A DNA stretch of 58,761 nucleotides. Source: a virus. Lineage: Duplodnaviria > Caudoviricetes. Positions 8,258-18,731 of this stretch are shown piece by piece. The DNA lies in the IMG/VR virus record IMGVR_UViG_3300049193_000020, positions 1 through 58,761 of that record; one strand, given 5' to 3'. The notes below the pieces were generated by a model. That model was not told where the DNA came from and did no database searches. It worked only from the letters and a program-made list of their open reading frames with translations. The translations under genes were made by a program, and so were the position numbers. Positions within the stretch are counted from its first letter, which is position 1, and each line of letters opens with the position of its first letter.

Positions 8258-9969
8258 AAAAACAGAATAAAATTACTGTTCCTATAAAGAATAAAAAAAT
8301 AGATTTACATAAAAAATCACATAAACCGGTCAGCCTTATGGATATTGCAGATAAGGATAAACTCGCTAAAGAAAAAAGAGTAATCGTTCCTATCATAAAA
8401 AATAAGTCATTTAAAGAATCTCTAGCCCTTGCAAAGGGCTATGACCCATTAACCAATCAGCTTAGAGAAATGGACTGGGAAAGCGGTGCTAATGAACTCA
8501 TGAAACCTGGTTCTAATGGCACTAAAGTACCATTCGTTGGTACTAATATGGGTAGGTTTGCAGTAAATCCATGTTCAGTTAATCAGTCAACTCTCTTTCG
8601 TATAGTAGAAACCCATGACGTAGTGCGCCGATGCCATGAGACTAATGTATCAACAGTAATTAGTGGTATAGGTGGTTACAAACACCCAGAAAAACATATC
8701 CAGGATTATGGGTTGCGCTTCTGGAAAACTGTGCGTGGCGGGGTCGCAGATGTTACAGCTAAATTAATGACATCTATGATTCAGGGTAACGCTATAGGGC
8801 GTATGCAGTCATTTGTCAATGAGGATGGTGAGCTTATGATGTCTGAAATGGCACATACCCCACCAATCTCTACCGCTTTTACCCTTACCGCAGAGGGCGA
8901 TGTAGAAGATTTATACCAATATGTATATGGCGTTCCGCTAGGACAAGTACAAAACATCTTATCCAGTGGGCAGTCATTTAATAATTTATTTAATCTAAAT
9001 CAGGATATGTTTGGTGCAGAATTAAACCCATATTCTAGCTTAGGTGATTTAACATTCCCCCTGCGCTCCTATCTCATTAATCAATGGGGTTTATATCAAC
9101 TTAATAAAGAGGAATGCGTACATTATGTGTTTGACCGTATCAATGGCAAAATTAATCCTTACGGTTACTCTCTAGCCCGCTCCCTATTTGATGAATGGAT
9201 GGGGCTTACTACCTTAGAAAACCTTGAACTGGGGGCTTTTGCCCGTTTTGCCAACCCTCTATTAGTAGCTTATGCCGATAATATGGCAACTGTTGATATG
9301 GGCGATGGTAATTCAATTCCAGCAGTTGAAGCTCTGTATTATGCTATGCAAAACTGGACGTCAGAAAGCGCTATCATTCTATCAGGCATGAAAGATGACT
9401 TCTTCCACGTAGAAGCTATATCTACTCAGGCAGATTTTAAAGCATTCAATGAAGCGAATAAATATAAAGAAGCTAGAATTGAAAAAGCCATGCTTAATCC
9501 AGCAGGTATATATGATAGTTCTACATCATATGCAGGCATGACTACACAAAATAGTATCTATATTCGTACTATGACCGCTATTGGTAAAGACATAGTTGAG
9601 AATGCTTTAATCGGTCAGATTATGGCTTATTATATTAAACAAAACTTTGGTAAGCATATAACCGATTTCGGTTATTTTGAAACCTCACCACTATCCATAG
9701 AAGATAGACAGAAAGAATCTAAGATATTTTCTGAAATGTCTACAAATGGATATATGTCTCCCTCTTTTATGTTGCAGGCAAACTTTATTTATAAAACCTT
9801 AGGTTATCCTGAATTAGATGAAGCGCAGTTTAAAGAGCTACAGGCAGCTAGAGCAAAAGATGCTGAATTAGGCTTAGTTCCTAAACAAAATAAAGATACT
9901 ACCAGTAAAACAGAAACTAAATCAGATGGTGATTTATATAGTAAACGTAGCATAACGGAAGGATTATAA
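8254..9969 (+). CDS. portal protein
   Basis: Follows TerL; 571 aa; NPYGYSLARSLF motif typical of portals. Confidence 0.8.
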   Translation: MKKQNKITVPIKNKKIDLHKKSHKPVSLMDIADKDKLAKEKRVIVPIIKNKSFKESLALAKGYDPLTNQLREMDWESGANELMKPGSNGTKVPFVGTNMGRFAVNPCSVNQSTLFRIVETHDVVRRCHETNVSTVISGIGGYKHPEKHIQDYGLRFWKTVRGGVADVTAKLMTSMIQGNAIGRMQSFVNEDGELMMSEMAHTPPISTAFTLTAEGDVEDLYQYVYGVPLGQVQNILSSGQSFNNLFNLNQDMFGAELNPYSSLGDLTFPLRSYLINQWGLYQLNKEECVHYVFDRINGKINPYGYSLARSLFDEWMGLTTLENLELGAFARFANPLLVAYADNMATVDMGDGNSIPAVEALYYAMQNWTSESAIILSGMKDDFFHVEAISTQADFKAFNEANKYKEARIEKAMLNPAGIYDSSTSYAGMTTQNSIYIRTMTAIGKDIVENALIGQIMAYYIKQNFGKHITDFGYFETSPLSIEDRQKESKIFSEMSTNGYMSPSFMLQANFIYKTLGYPELDEAQFKELQAARAKDAELGLVPKQNKDTTSKTETKSDGDLYSKRSITEGL

Positions 9970-9970
9970 T

Positions 9971-11296
9971 ATGACTAAATTTATAAAATTAGGCGTTGAA
10001 ATTGGTGGCATTATTCATAATGCTAATGAAACAGCCGAAATACCTATGCGTATCCTTACAACTGGTGAATTTGTTGATATGCATGGTACGGCAGTAACAG
10101 TTGATAAAAGTATGCTCGATAATATCACTCGTAAATATAATGAAGATCTACTTAAAACTTATGAAATAGATAGATCAGCAGGGCGTACAATTCCCGCAGA
10201 TGTTAATGAGTTTATAAATCGTAACGCCCCCATCCAACAAGACCATTTGGCAGGCACAGTCGGTGTAACTACTGGTCATCATAAAGGTAGATTCTCTGTT
10301 AAAGAGCTATCTGATGGCGGGCATGGTATCTTTGGTATAGGCTGCATATACCCTGACTATATCAAACAACTCGGTAAACAACTTATAAATTTATCAATTC
10401 AATTTGATCTAAATACCTTTGAGCACATCGAAACAAGCTGGGTAACTAAAGGTGCGGATGCAAGAGCATTAGCAATATTGGGGAAAGGATATTTTGCCAA
10501 AACAGGCTCATCAGAGCAAATCGCATTGAAATTGTTTCATAATATTGATACAATACGCCTTAAGCAAAACAGAATCGTTGAATTAGAACATCAAATAGGA
10601 ATTAATGCACGTTTAGTAATACTATGTAAGAGACGCAAAATTACTAAAGGCGAATCAAGATTATTGAATAGCGCTTTACTAAAATCGCCTAATGCAGTTG
10701 AAATACTAAACGCTTTAGATGAAATGCTTCCTGTGAAATTTCACAGAGGAAATTTTATTCCACGTGATTCTAATGCAGACTTTTATAAAAAAATCTACTT
10801 TCAGGGAGATAAAATGTCAACCGAATTAAAAGGTAACAGCACAGAAGAAATCCTAAGAAACCTGCCAGCTACAGACACCAATGCAGCATTAGGCACTCAG
10901 CTTGCTAAAGGCTCAAGCGAAGAGGATGAAGACAAAAAAGAATTTGCCCGCCACAAAAAAGAACTTATCAATAAGATGAGTGACTGCTATGATAAAGGCG
11001 ATGCTGAGATGGGTAAGAAATATCGTGAGAAACTCAGCAAACTCATGGAAGATGAGGAAAAAGGCTCATTAAGTGCTTTATCTGACTATGAAGTAGAGCA
11101 GGATGGCGGTAAGGGCGAAGAAAGTAAAAAGCTGATGGCTGAATTAGCCAAGGTTAAAGAAGAAAAGGCTGCTTTAGAAAATGCTAATACTGGTCTAAAA
11201 GACGAGATGGCTAAACTCCAAAGCTCAAAGAATCCAGGAATTAGTGTTAGTGATTTTGTAAAACAAGTGCAAGACCTAGCAACTAGATTGGCTTAA
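9971..11296 (+). CDS. prohead protease/scaffold (Mu gpI-like)
   Basis: N-terminal ILTTGEFVDMHG...PIQQDH protease-like domain; charged coiled-coil C-terminus; lies between portal and capsid. Confidence 0.7.
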   Translation: MTKFIKLGVEIGGIIHNANETAEIPMRILTTGEFVDMHGTAVTVDKSMLDNITRKYNEDLLKTYEIDRSAGRTIPADVNEFINRNAPIQQDHLAGTVGVTTGHHKGRFSVKELSDGGHGIFGIGCIYPDYIKQLGKQLINLSIQFDLNTFEHIETSWVTKGADARALAILGKGYFAKTGSSEQIALKLFHNIDTIRLKQNRIVELEHQIGINARLVILCKRRKITKGESRLLNSALLKSPNAVEILNALDEMLPVKFHRGNFIPRDSNADFYKKIYFQGDKMSTELKGNSTEEILRNLPATDTNAALGTQLAKGSSEEDEDKKEFARHKKELINKMSDCYDKGDAEMGKKYREKLSKLMEDEEKGSLSALSDYEVEQDGGKGEESKKLMAELAKVKEEKAALENANTGLKDEMAKLQSSKNPGISVSDFVKQVQDLATRLA

Positions 11297-11318
11297 TAAT
11301 ATTTAAAGGAGTTTAACA

Positions 11319-11837
11319 GTGAGCAATTTTCGTCCACAAAATAATCAAAATTTTGCCCAACAAACCTTTACGCAACAAGGCTTGATTGGTGATGCGCCAT
11401 TAACTCAATCTTATGCATTAGCTGCAATAAGTGCAGGTAGTGCAGTAACCGTTTATGATAATTATGTGTTAGTTGGTTATTCTAAAACTAATAAAAATTT
11501 AGTGGGTATTTATAATGCTGATGCAGGAGACCCCGATTATGGTACATTTGCTGGATTCTTATTTAGTGATGAGGTAGATTATGCTACAGCTAGTGCAAGT
11601 GGTGCTTTAGCAGTGCCTGTAGCTTATTCCGCTCCAGCAGGTATGCTTGTGCCTTATAGCAGATTAATTGGTTATAATGGCACTACCACTGAGGATGATT
11701 TTACTGCATATAAGGAAATTGATGCAATAATTACTGCTGGCGGCGCTACTAAGCGTTATATTTCTGTAAATGGCGTACAAACATTATATGTACAATTCCA
11801 ACAAACTATTGGCGCTTCTGCTCCAACCATAGCTTAA
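11319..11837 (+). CDS. head decoration/cement protein
   Basis: Ala/Gly-rich 172 aa immediately upstream of the capsid gene. Confidence 0.55.
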   Translation: MSNFRPQNNQNFAQQTFTQQGLIGDAPLTQSYALAAISAGSAVTVYDNYVLVGYSKTNKNLVGIYNADAGDPDYGTFAGFLFSDEVDYATASASGALAVPVAYSAPAGMLVPYSRLIGYNGTTTEDDFTAYKEIDAIITAGGATKRYISVNGVQTLYVQFQQTIGASAPTIA

Positions 11838-11854
11838 TAGAAGAGGTTTTAATT

Positions 11855-13324
11855 ATGGCAAATTTAGATAATGGCTTACAACAACGTAATCGTACTGAGG
11901 GCGTTGTACGCAATTTGTACGATGAAATTACTAGGCACGGTAAAATTCATGATAAAGGGCAACGTGTTGACGTAATTGAAGCTGCGTTAAGACGGTGCGG
12001 ATTTACTGATGATAATATCAATCCAAACTTCTTAAGAGCATTCTATGCCTTATCAGATACCCCAAATGCTCTAGACTCTTTAAGTGCTGCTGATCGGGTT
12101 AGCCCTTTACGGGCTAATAGCAGCTTAAAGTTTAGCAGTAAGACGGCTAAATTCGCCTCAGAGGGTGATCCGCTATTACAGCAAACCTCATTGATTACTG
12201 ATTTAATCTATATGGTTACGCCAGATTCAAGAGCGCCAGAACTTGAAAAACTGTTCCCTATAACTAATTATGGTGCACAGAATTTATTACTAGATACCGT
12301 TGATCCAATTCAAGGTGTTACGGCTCAAAAGTCTGGCTTAAATGATCAGCCATATAGAGTAAAACCACGAAACATTACAACATCTATCTGGACTGGTCAA
12401 ATATGGCAGGAATACATTCAGTTTGATCAGCAATTAGCATTATTTGTGCGTCAGTATGGTAACCAAGATATATCATTACGTGGCTTTGCATTAATATTTG
12501 CATTGGCTCAAGAGCAGTTGTGGCATCGTCATACTACTCTAGTTGACCTACAATTAGTATATAGTATTATTAATAACCAAATTACTTATGGGGGTAACGT
12601 AATTCCTCTAGGTATACCTAATTCAAACATCATCGACTGGAATGATTTAACTGGTTATATTGGTACTGTTGACCCAGCTAACTTCACTTTAACACCAAGC
12701 GGTGATGATGTGTTTCCAATGCTAAATATGATTGATACTATTGACATGCATCAGTATCGTTATAAACGTGGCTATAAACTTGCATGGTTAATGAATGGTC
12801 GTACGCAAGATTTATTTAACCAACATCCTAATGTTACTAATTTAAGTCAGTATTTAAACGCTAATACTTTAGTAGTAAATCCTAGTTCTGGTACAGTTAA
12901 TACCTTTGAAAGTATAATGAAGTACCTATTAACTGGTATGGATCAAGAAGTATGGATCACTAATGCATCATACTATCCTGATGAAAATGATCCTTTTGGT
13001 AATGCAAGCTCGTCTTCATTTACTTCTGGTGAAACTTATCCAGAAGCTGTACCCGTAATGCCAGATGGATACGCCATTTGTACTATTATACCTACTGAGA
13101 AAACCGGACCGGCATTTGAATTTGCTTACCAACCAGTTGCTCAAAATGGTGGCTTAATGAATGCTAAGGGTGCTCCTGCAATGACTATCGTTGATACTTT
13201 AGGTAGCAACACATTCCAGGGGGCTGTTAACCCATCAATATACGCGGTATTGACCGCATTAGGTGGTGTACGTCCTAGGCGTCCATATGATACTTTTGTG
13301 GTTAAAATTGCTGACGTTGCTTAA
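11855..13324 (+). CDS. major capsid protein
   Basis: 489 aa, position after protease and decoration genes, LEKLFP and C-terminal GVRPRRPYDTFVVKI pattern. Confidence 0.75.
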   Translation: MANLDNGLQQRNRTEGVVRNLYDEITRHGKIHDKGQRVDVIEAALRRCGFTDDNINPNFLRAFYALSDTPNALDSLSAADRVSPLRANSSLKFSSKTAKFASEGDPLLQQTSLITDLIYMVTPDSRAPELEKLFPITNYGAQNLLLDTVDPIQGVTAQKSGLNDQPYRVKPRNITTSIWTGQIWQEYIQFDQQLALFVRQYGNQDISLRGFALIFALAQEQLWHRHTTLVDLQLVYSIINNQITYGGNVIPLGIPNSNIIDWNDLTGYIGTVDPANFTLTPSGDDVFPMLNMIDTIDMHQYRYKRGYKLAWLMNGRTQDLFNQHPNVTNLSQYLNANTLVVNPSSGTVNTFESIMKYLLTGMDQEVWITNASYYPDENDPFGNASSSSFTSGETYPEAVPVMPDGYAICTIIPTEKTGPAFEFAYQPVAQNGGLMNAKGAPAMTIVDTLGSNTFQGAVNPSIYAVLTALGGVRPRRPYDTFVVKIADVA

Positions 13325-13341
13325 TTGAAAGGGGAAGAATT

Positions 13342-13845
13342 ATGCAAGAAACTTTAAAAACTACTACTACAGCTCAGGATAAAGTTACCGTGCGGTTTCA
13401 ATATCGCATGCGTAATAAAAAGTTACCAGAGGATTTCTATAAGACATTTTCTGATGAGTTAAAAACTGAGTTTAATAAGCTAAATAAGACACCTAATTTT
13501 AATGTTGCTGCATTTTCAGGCTTAGGTGCTAAAGGTAGACGTGATGCTGCTTTAACAAAGTTAGGGATTTCTACCTTGTATTTTCAACCAGGTCGTGCTT
13601 ATAAAATGACCCGTGAGGAAGCTGAATTATATATTAATGAAAAATATGAAGCTTACTGGGATGATCGTGGTAATGAAATGATGAGATTACGTAACTTTAG
13701 TGACCAGGAAATTGATAACAATGTAAAAACTCATGAAGTAGCGTACATTGTAGAAGATCGCAAGGAAGCAGAGGAAAAGACAAAAAACATTAGACGTACT
13801 ATTAGCTTTAAGAAAATTACTCCATTAAATTTAGGGGTAAGATAA
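13342..13845 (+). CDS. hypothetical virion-associated protein
   Basis: 167-aa ORF in head cluster. Confidence 0.6.
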   Translation: MQETLKTTTTAQDKVTVRFQYRMRNKKLPEDFYKTFSDELKTEFNKLNKTPNFNVAAFSGLGAKGRRDAALTKLGISTLYFQPGRAYKMTREEAELYINEKYEAYWDDRGNEMMRLRNFSDQEIDNNVKTHEVAYIVEDRKEAEEKTKNIRRTISFKKITPLNLGVR

Positions 13846-13846
13846 T

Positions 13847-14266
13847 ATGACTGATACTCAAAATGCATTAAATTATTTAAAGATTAAAAATACTGGCTAT
13901 ATTAAACGTTTCCGTGCCATACGTTTTGGTAAGGTTGAGGTTAGTGGTCAGGTAATAATTATGATTATTGCTGATGCAAGTAATTTTCAACAGCTTGCTC
14001 AAAGAGATGACTTTCTAGGCTATGTTGATAAAGGTGTAGACCGTGGGATGACTAAGTTTTATTTTAAAATTAATGATATTACTTTAGTCGGTAAGATTAA
14101 GCATTTTGTCTGTGTGCCATCTGGAGATATTGCATCCGTAGAAGTAGAGACTGTTAAGATATTAAATCTACCCGTTGAAGAACAAGAGGAAGAACCTAGC
14201 GTGCCGCAGGTAAATATAGAGCCGTCTAAAAGTAAAAAGAACAAGGGTAATAAAGCTGTAGAATAA
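13847..14266 (+). CDS. hypothetical virion-associated protein
   Basis: 139-aa ORF in head cluster. Confidence 0.6.
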   Translation: MTDTQNALNYLKIKNTGYIKRFRAIRFGKVEVSGQVIIMIIADASNFQQLAQRDDFLGYVDKGVDRGMTKFYFKINDITLVGKIKHFVCVPSGDIASVEVETVKILNLPVEEQEEEPSVPQVNIEPSKSKKNKGNKAVE

Positions 14267-14267
14267 T

Positions 14268-14855
14268 ATGAGTTTAATATACAACCCTAAGTATACCAGC
14301 ATTGATGCGGTTAAGCAAGAAATTGGGGCTAAGGTTGGGTATAGTAACTCAGATAGCAGATTTCCTAATGATAATTTGCTTCTCGGTTATATCAAGAATG
14401 CAGAAAACTATATAGAGCGTAAATTAAGTAGGCTGTATCAGACGCCATTTACGGCAGATGATGGTGATACCTTTAATGATATATCAGATGAGGGTACGCA
14501 AGATGCTATTATAGATGCGTGTACATGGCGGGCAGCCATATTAATAATGCGTACTTCATTTGGTGATAGTACGGGTATACGTGGCGAAAGCTTTATTGAG
14601 TATCTGGATCAGAATCTAACTGAATTTATTGACACTCAAACCGCACGCAATAAACAGGGTATGTTTGTTAATCCACCAATGATAGGGTTAAAACTGAATC
14701 CTACTGCTGCATTCTATGAAGTTGCAGGATTGCCTCCTATTATGGTCGCAGGTATAGGCGTAGCAAGCAGTAATATAGGGATTAGGTCTCAGAGACACTT
14801 GACCAATCCTAATAATAGCTGGCAGTATTGGGGTAATGGCAAGAGGCGCTGGTGA
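14268..14855 (+). CDS. head-tail adaptor (Mu gp36-like)
   Basis: YTSIDAV...IKNAENYIERKLSRLYQTPF pattern of head-tail connectors. Confidence 0.7.
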   Translation: MSLIYNPKYTSIDAVKQEIGAKVGYSNSDSRFPNDNLLLGYIKNAENYIERKLSRLYQTPFTADDGDTFNDISDEGTQDAIIDACTWRAAILIMRTSFGDSTGIRGESFIEYLDQNLTEFIDTQTARNKQGMFVNPPMIGLKLNPTAAFYEVAGLPPIMVAGIGVASSNIGIRSQRHLTNPNNSWQYWGNGKRRW

Positions 14856-15247
14856 ATAAAGATAAGGCAGTAATCCTATCTATAGCAGAATTAAGAGAAT
14901 TTGTTTTAACATTAAAGCGAAGTTACTTTAGTGAAAGTGGTAAATTAGGTGCAAACTGGAAACCTTTAAAGCCAGATACCATTAGGCGAAAGATACGAAA
15001 AGAATATAGCAACCCTGCCGCATTTAATTATGCCTCAGGAACGCTTAGAGACTCCTGCAAAATAGATATAAAATATACAGGAAGTCAGTTAATAATAACA
15101 TGTACTTTCGATGGGTTAGAAGATAAGATCATAAAATGCCTTACTCAGTATTATGGAAGAGACTTTCTGACATTTACTCAAGATGAGCAAGAAATTATTA
15201 CACAGGAAGCTGCAAAAATAATTCAGAGAAATTTAGGTAGATCATGA
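14852..15247 (+). CDS. virion morphogenesis/neck protein (Mu gpG-like)
   Basis: WKPLKPDTIRRK...SGTLRDS signature. Confidence 0.75.
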   Translation: MNKDKAVILSIAELREFVLTLKRSYFSESGKLGANWKPLKPDTIRRKIRKEYSNPAAFNYASGTLRDSCKIDIKYTGSQLIITCTFDGLEDKIIKCLTQYYGRDFLTFTQDEQEIITQEAAKIIQRNLGRS

Positions 15248-15966
15248 CAGATACTTCAGTGAACAGTTCACAAAAAGCATTAAGTTTAATGGCTCAAGAT
15301 AAATGGATTACCTATTTACCTACAGCTAACATACCTGATGCAGTAGCTAGTCTTATCTTGCAGAATTCTGAATTAGTTACAGTTTTTAATAAAAGTATTT
15401 ATGCTTATGAGCGTGATGATTTCACTGCTTCCCAGATACCAGGCATGAGTATTTATAATGTTAGAGCGCCTTTAGAATCGCGCCTAGGGGATTGGATAGG
15501 AGATATTTATTTAGATATGTATTTTCCCATTTTTGCCGATAGAACCTTTGGACGTAAGGTCTTTGATCAAACCTATGACAGAGTGATGATGTATATCAGA
15601 GACGGTAGGTTTATGGTTAAAATGAATGATTTATTAGTGCCTACTCCAGATCCAATTAGCGATTTTTATGATGCTGTAGTAGAATACAAGAAAAAAGTTG
15701 GTAGTCCAATGATGGAGTTTGCCAAGACATGCAGACCCGAGAAACCATATATGATAAACCTTAAAGATATAGGTAATGTGTGGTTTGGTAGGATTACAGT
15801 AAACTATCATATCAGTCAGCAAAAATATGCACAATTACAGCAGGCTGTTGGTATTAATAACTTCGGCAATCCTAATAAAATGGTTTATGGTAGCATGGAT
15901 AGCTTCGAATATGATATTGAGGTTAAAAATATTAACGATACTGAATCACTTATAATAGAGGGCTAA
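15244..15966 (+). CDS. putative tail terminator/completion protein
   Basis: Position between neck and sheath; IPGMSIY strand motif. Confidence 0.5.
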   Translation: MTDTSVNSSQKALSLMAQDKWITYLPTANIPDAVASLILQNSELVTVFNKSIYAYERDDFTASQIPGMSIYNVRAPLESRLGDWIGDIYLDMYFPIFADRTFGRKVFDQTYDRVMMYIRDGRFMVKMNDLLVPTPDPISDFYDAVVEYKKKVGSPMMEFAKTCRPEKPYMINLKDIGNVWFGRITVNYHISQQKYAQLQQAVGINNFGNPNKMVYGSMDSFEYDIEVKNINDTESLIIEG

Positions 15967-15970
15967 TAAT

Positions 15971-18229
15971 ATGGCAGCAAATGAATTTGATACAACTACT
16001 CGTGTTCCTACCAATCAAGGTAAGCTAGAGGAGAACTCTGCAACTGGTAATGGTGGAGTTACTAATAATGAATGGATAATAGGAGGTAGACTGCTTCCCT
16101 CTGGACAAACCTATTTAGCGCCAGTTAAACCAGCATCTGGTATTCCTCTATATGAATATTATAGACCATATTTATTGCCAGCGCAATATAATACCGATTC
16201 TCAAGCATTACTAAGTTACTTTCAGTCTGCTGGCTTTACAGTACAGTCAGGGTACACCAACACTACTACTTTATATGATGCAAGCTCAGTAGTTGTAGGA
16301 GATGGGATATTAACTGTTACCTTTGAAAATATTAATGATAGCACTAGCGCATTGATTGATTCTTTAACTAATGGTGATCAGATTACGGGTACATGGGTTT
16401 CTGGGGTTAATTCTGGAGTGTATGTTTCCTGTTCAGTAATTGATGATAATGCAGTATTAGTTTTAAATGGGGATAGTGGGGATATTTCAGTTGGCGGAAA
16501 TGTAACTTTAACGTTTACCGATACTGAAATATTGTATCCTGATGTATTATATACCGACCCATTTGTTGTACTATTATTCTATGCTGTTTTAGTTAATAGC
16601 TTACTTGAAAATACTGACAATACTAATTTTATATCGCCTAATATTTGGTTTACTATTTTACCTGACAGCGGTCATACGCAAGTTGGTAGACCACAGGCTG
16701 CACCTTTTACTGGAATAACAGCACCAACTAGCGTTACTGGCTCAGGAAGCTCTACCGTGCTACAAATTCCAACCGCAAGTAGTACCAGCACTAATCCAGT
16801 AGGATATATTCCATTTAGTAAATTAGGTGTTAGCTCGCTATCACAGAATTTTGTGCTAACAAATACTTTAGTGCCTGACAATGTAAATACCAGCGATCCT
16901 GATGCGGTAGTGCTGTCATTCCTATCAGGTAATGCAAATATAGCAGTAGTGAATAAGATTATAGCTAATCAAGCATTATTTAGCGGAGAGGTAAATGATA
17001 CTACTAACCCAGTAAACGGTACATATGTTTCTGCTGCGGCAGTAACTGGTACATATGCTGCTCAAATCATTATATCAGTTGCTGATATAGGTGATATGGT
17101 AACAGGCGATAGTTTTGTATTAGACTTAGAGGCAACTGTTACTGGTGTGGTTAATAATAGCTATTTATCAGGTAATTATATAATATGTAATATGGTAAAT
17201 GTTGAGGGAACATTCTTAACCGATCAAGCTTTAGTGTTGCAACTAGATGTATCTCAAAGTATATTCTCATTACTTAAGACTAAATTTGCTCTACAGCAAC
17301 TGTCTCTACAATATTTTAATATCCCTGGTTATGTAACCAGTGCAAGCAGTCTAAGTGTTACTTATAAAGATTATACTGATTTTGTAGTAGAAATTAATGC
17401 TGCTACCAATAAAACTAATGGGCAGGGTTTAGCCAAGCTTATATTTGAGGTAGACCCTAGCATTATTACGAGTGAAGATACAGCAGCAGATACTCTGTTA
17501 GCTATAACTGGTTCTACTGGTACTCTGTATTATTTACCTATATATAATAATTATGTAAACACTCCTGCTGATTCAAACAGTATACCTATAATTGCTGGGG
17601 TAACCTCAGCGGCTTCCGCTGTAGCGTTTGGCAATAATGCATATACCGCTGGGAATGCAGCCTCGATTTCATCATTGGTTAATCTGCTCATGAGTGGATT
17701 ACCCTGCACTTCCCCAGATGATGAGACTCCTGGTGCTACTCCTGGCTTGGTATATGCTGATGGTAATGTTGCTGATCAAATTCAAAAAGCTGGTTGGAAT
17801 TGTGTGTGTGTAAATAGCGATTCAATAGCTTTGTTCCCATTTGTAATTACTAACCAATTAAAGGTTAACGGCAGTCCCGATAATGCTTTATATCCAGAAT
17901 ATATATTCCAGGCAGTAGATTATATTATGAAAGGATTACTATATCCTAGTAATAAAATCTACACTGGCGGTAAACAATACTCTGATGAATTCCAGGCTTT
18001 AGTGGCAGATTTAATTGTTGATTTAAATCAGATGCAAACTGATAAAGTATTGATTAATACGGCTACTAATAATAAATATTTAAACGTAAAACAGAATTCA
18101 ACCAATCCGTTTTTAGTTAATGAAACGCTGGTTATACAAGTATATGCTGCTATTTTAGGTTTCTTATATACGATTAATCTATATGGTAGCAATCTAACTG
18201 TAACTGCTTCACCAGTATCAACATTTTAG
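15971..18229 (+). CDS. tail sheath protein with inserted beta-rich domains
   Basis: 752 aa directly upstream of tube; N-terminal RVP..WIIGG; C-terminal QKAGWN..ITN..DYI..NPFLVN sheath-like region. Confidence 0.7.
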   Translation: MAANEFDTTTRVPTNQGKLEENSATGNGGVTNNEWIIGGRLLPSGQTYLAPVKPASGIPLYEYYRPYLLPAQYNTDSQALLSYFQSAGFTVQSGYTNTTTLYDASSVVVGDGILTVTFENINDSTSALIDSLTNGDQITGTWVSGVNSGVYVSCSVIDDNAVLVLNGDSGDISVGGNVTLTFTDTEILYPDVLYTDPFVVLLFYAVLVNSLLENTDNTNFISPNIWFTILPDSGHTQVGRPQAAPFTGITAPTSVTGSGSSTVLQIPTASSTSTNPVGYIPFSKLGVSSLSQNFVLTNTLVPDNVNTSDPDAVVLSFLSGNANIAVVNKIIANQALFSGEVNDTTNPVNGTYVSAAAVTGTYAAQIIISVADIGDMVTGDSFVLDLEATVTGVVNNSYLSGNYIICNMVNVEGTFLTDQALVLQLDVSQSIFSLLKTKFALQQLSLQYFNIPGYVTSASSLSVTYKDYTDFVVEINAATNKTNGQGLAKLIFEVDPSIITSEDTAADTLLAITGSTGTLYYLPIYNNYVNTPADSNSIPIIAGVTSAASAVAFGNNAYTAGNAASISSLVNLLMSGLPCTSPDDETPGATPGLVYADGNVADQIQKAGWNCVCVNSDSIALFPFVITNQLKVNGSPDNALYPEYIFQAVDYIMKGLLYPSNKIYTGGKQYSDEFQALVADLIVDLNQMQTDKVLINTATNNKYLNVKQNSTNPFLVNETLVIQVYAAILGFLYTINLYGSNLTVTASPVSTF

Positions 18230-18239
18230 GAGAATTTAA

Positions 18240-18704
18240 ATGAATAGTTTAGGCTCGTTATTTGATCGAGTAAATGTTACTTTGGCTGGGCAGAGTATAA
18301 TTGGTAATAGTCCTGCTTATGTATTAGGTTGTGATGCCAATATGGATGGTCAGCTAGTTGCAGTAAATGGCTTTAGCGCTAACAAACTGGTGACTGGCTT
18401 TGTAACTGGTAATAAGCAAATAGATGTTAGCATAGAGCTTGCATTAGTAAGTAGTGAAGCACCGCCTAGACTTGATCAGTTGGATTATGATAACAGTAAT
18501 ATTCAAATAGCTCTTACTGCGGCTACAGGCAATTATTTAACAACTGATAATGAAGATGTGTATAATGGCGGATGGATGTTAATATTTATTGGTACAGCGT
18601 GGGGCAGTATGGGATGGTCATTTCCTGGCTCTGGGCAAAATGCTAAAATGCCAGCACACTTTAAAGCTATTAATGCTTACCTGTGGACTCCACCTACAAC
18701 TTAA
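18240..18704 (+). CDS. tail tube protein
   Basis: 154 aa beta-rich protein after sheath. Confidence 0.65.
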   Translation: MNSLGSLFDRVNVTLAGQSIIGNSPAYVLGCDANMDGQLVAVNGFSANKLVTGFVTGNKQIDVSIELALVSSEAPPRLDQLDYDNSNIQIALTAATGNYLTTDNEDVYNGGWMLIFIGTAWGSMGWSFPGSGQNAKMPAHFKAINAYLWTPPTT

Positions 18705-18731
18705 TCAGATTTTTACAAAGGGGAAGAAAAG

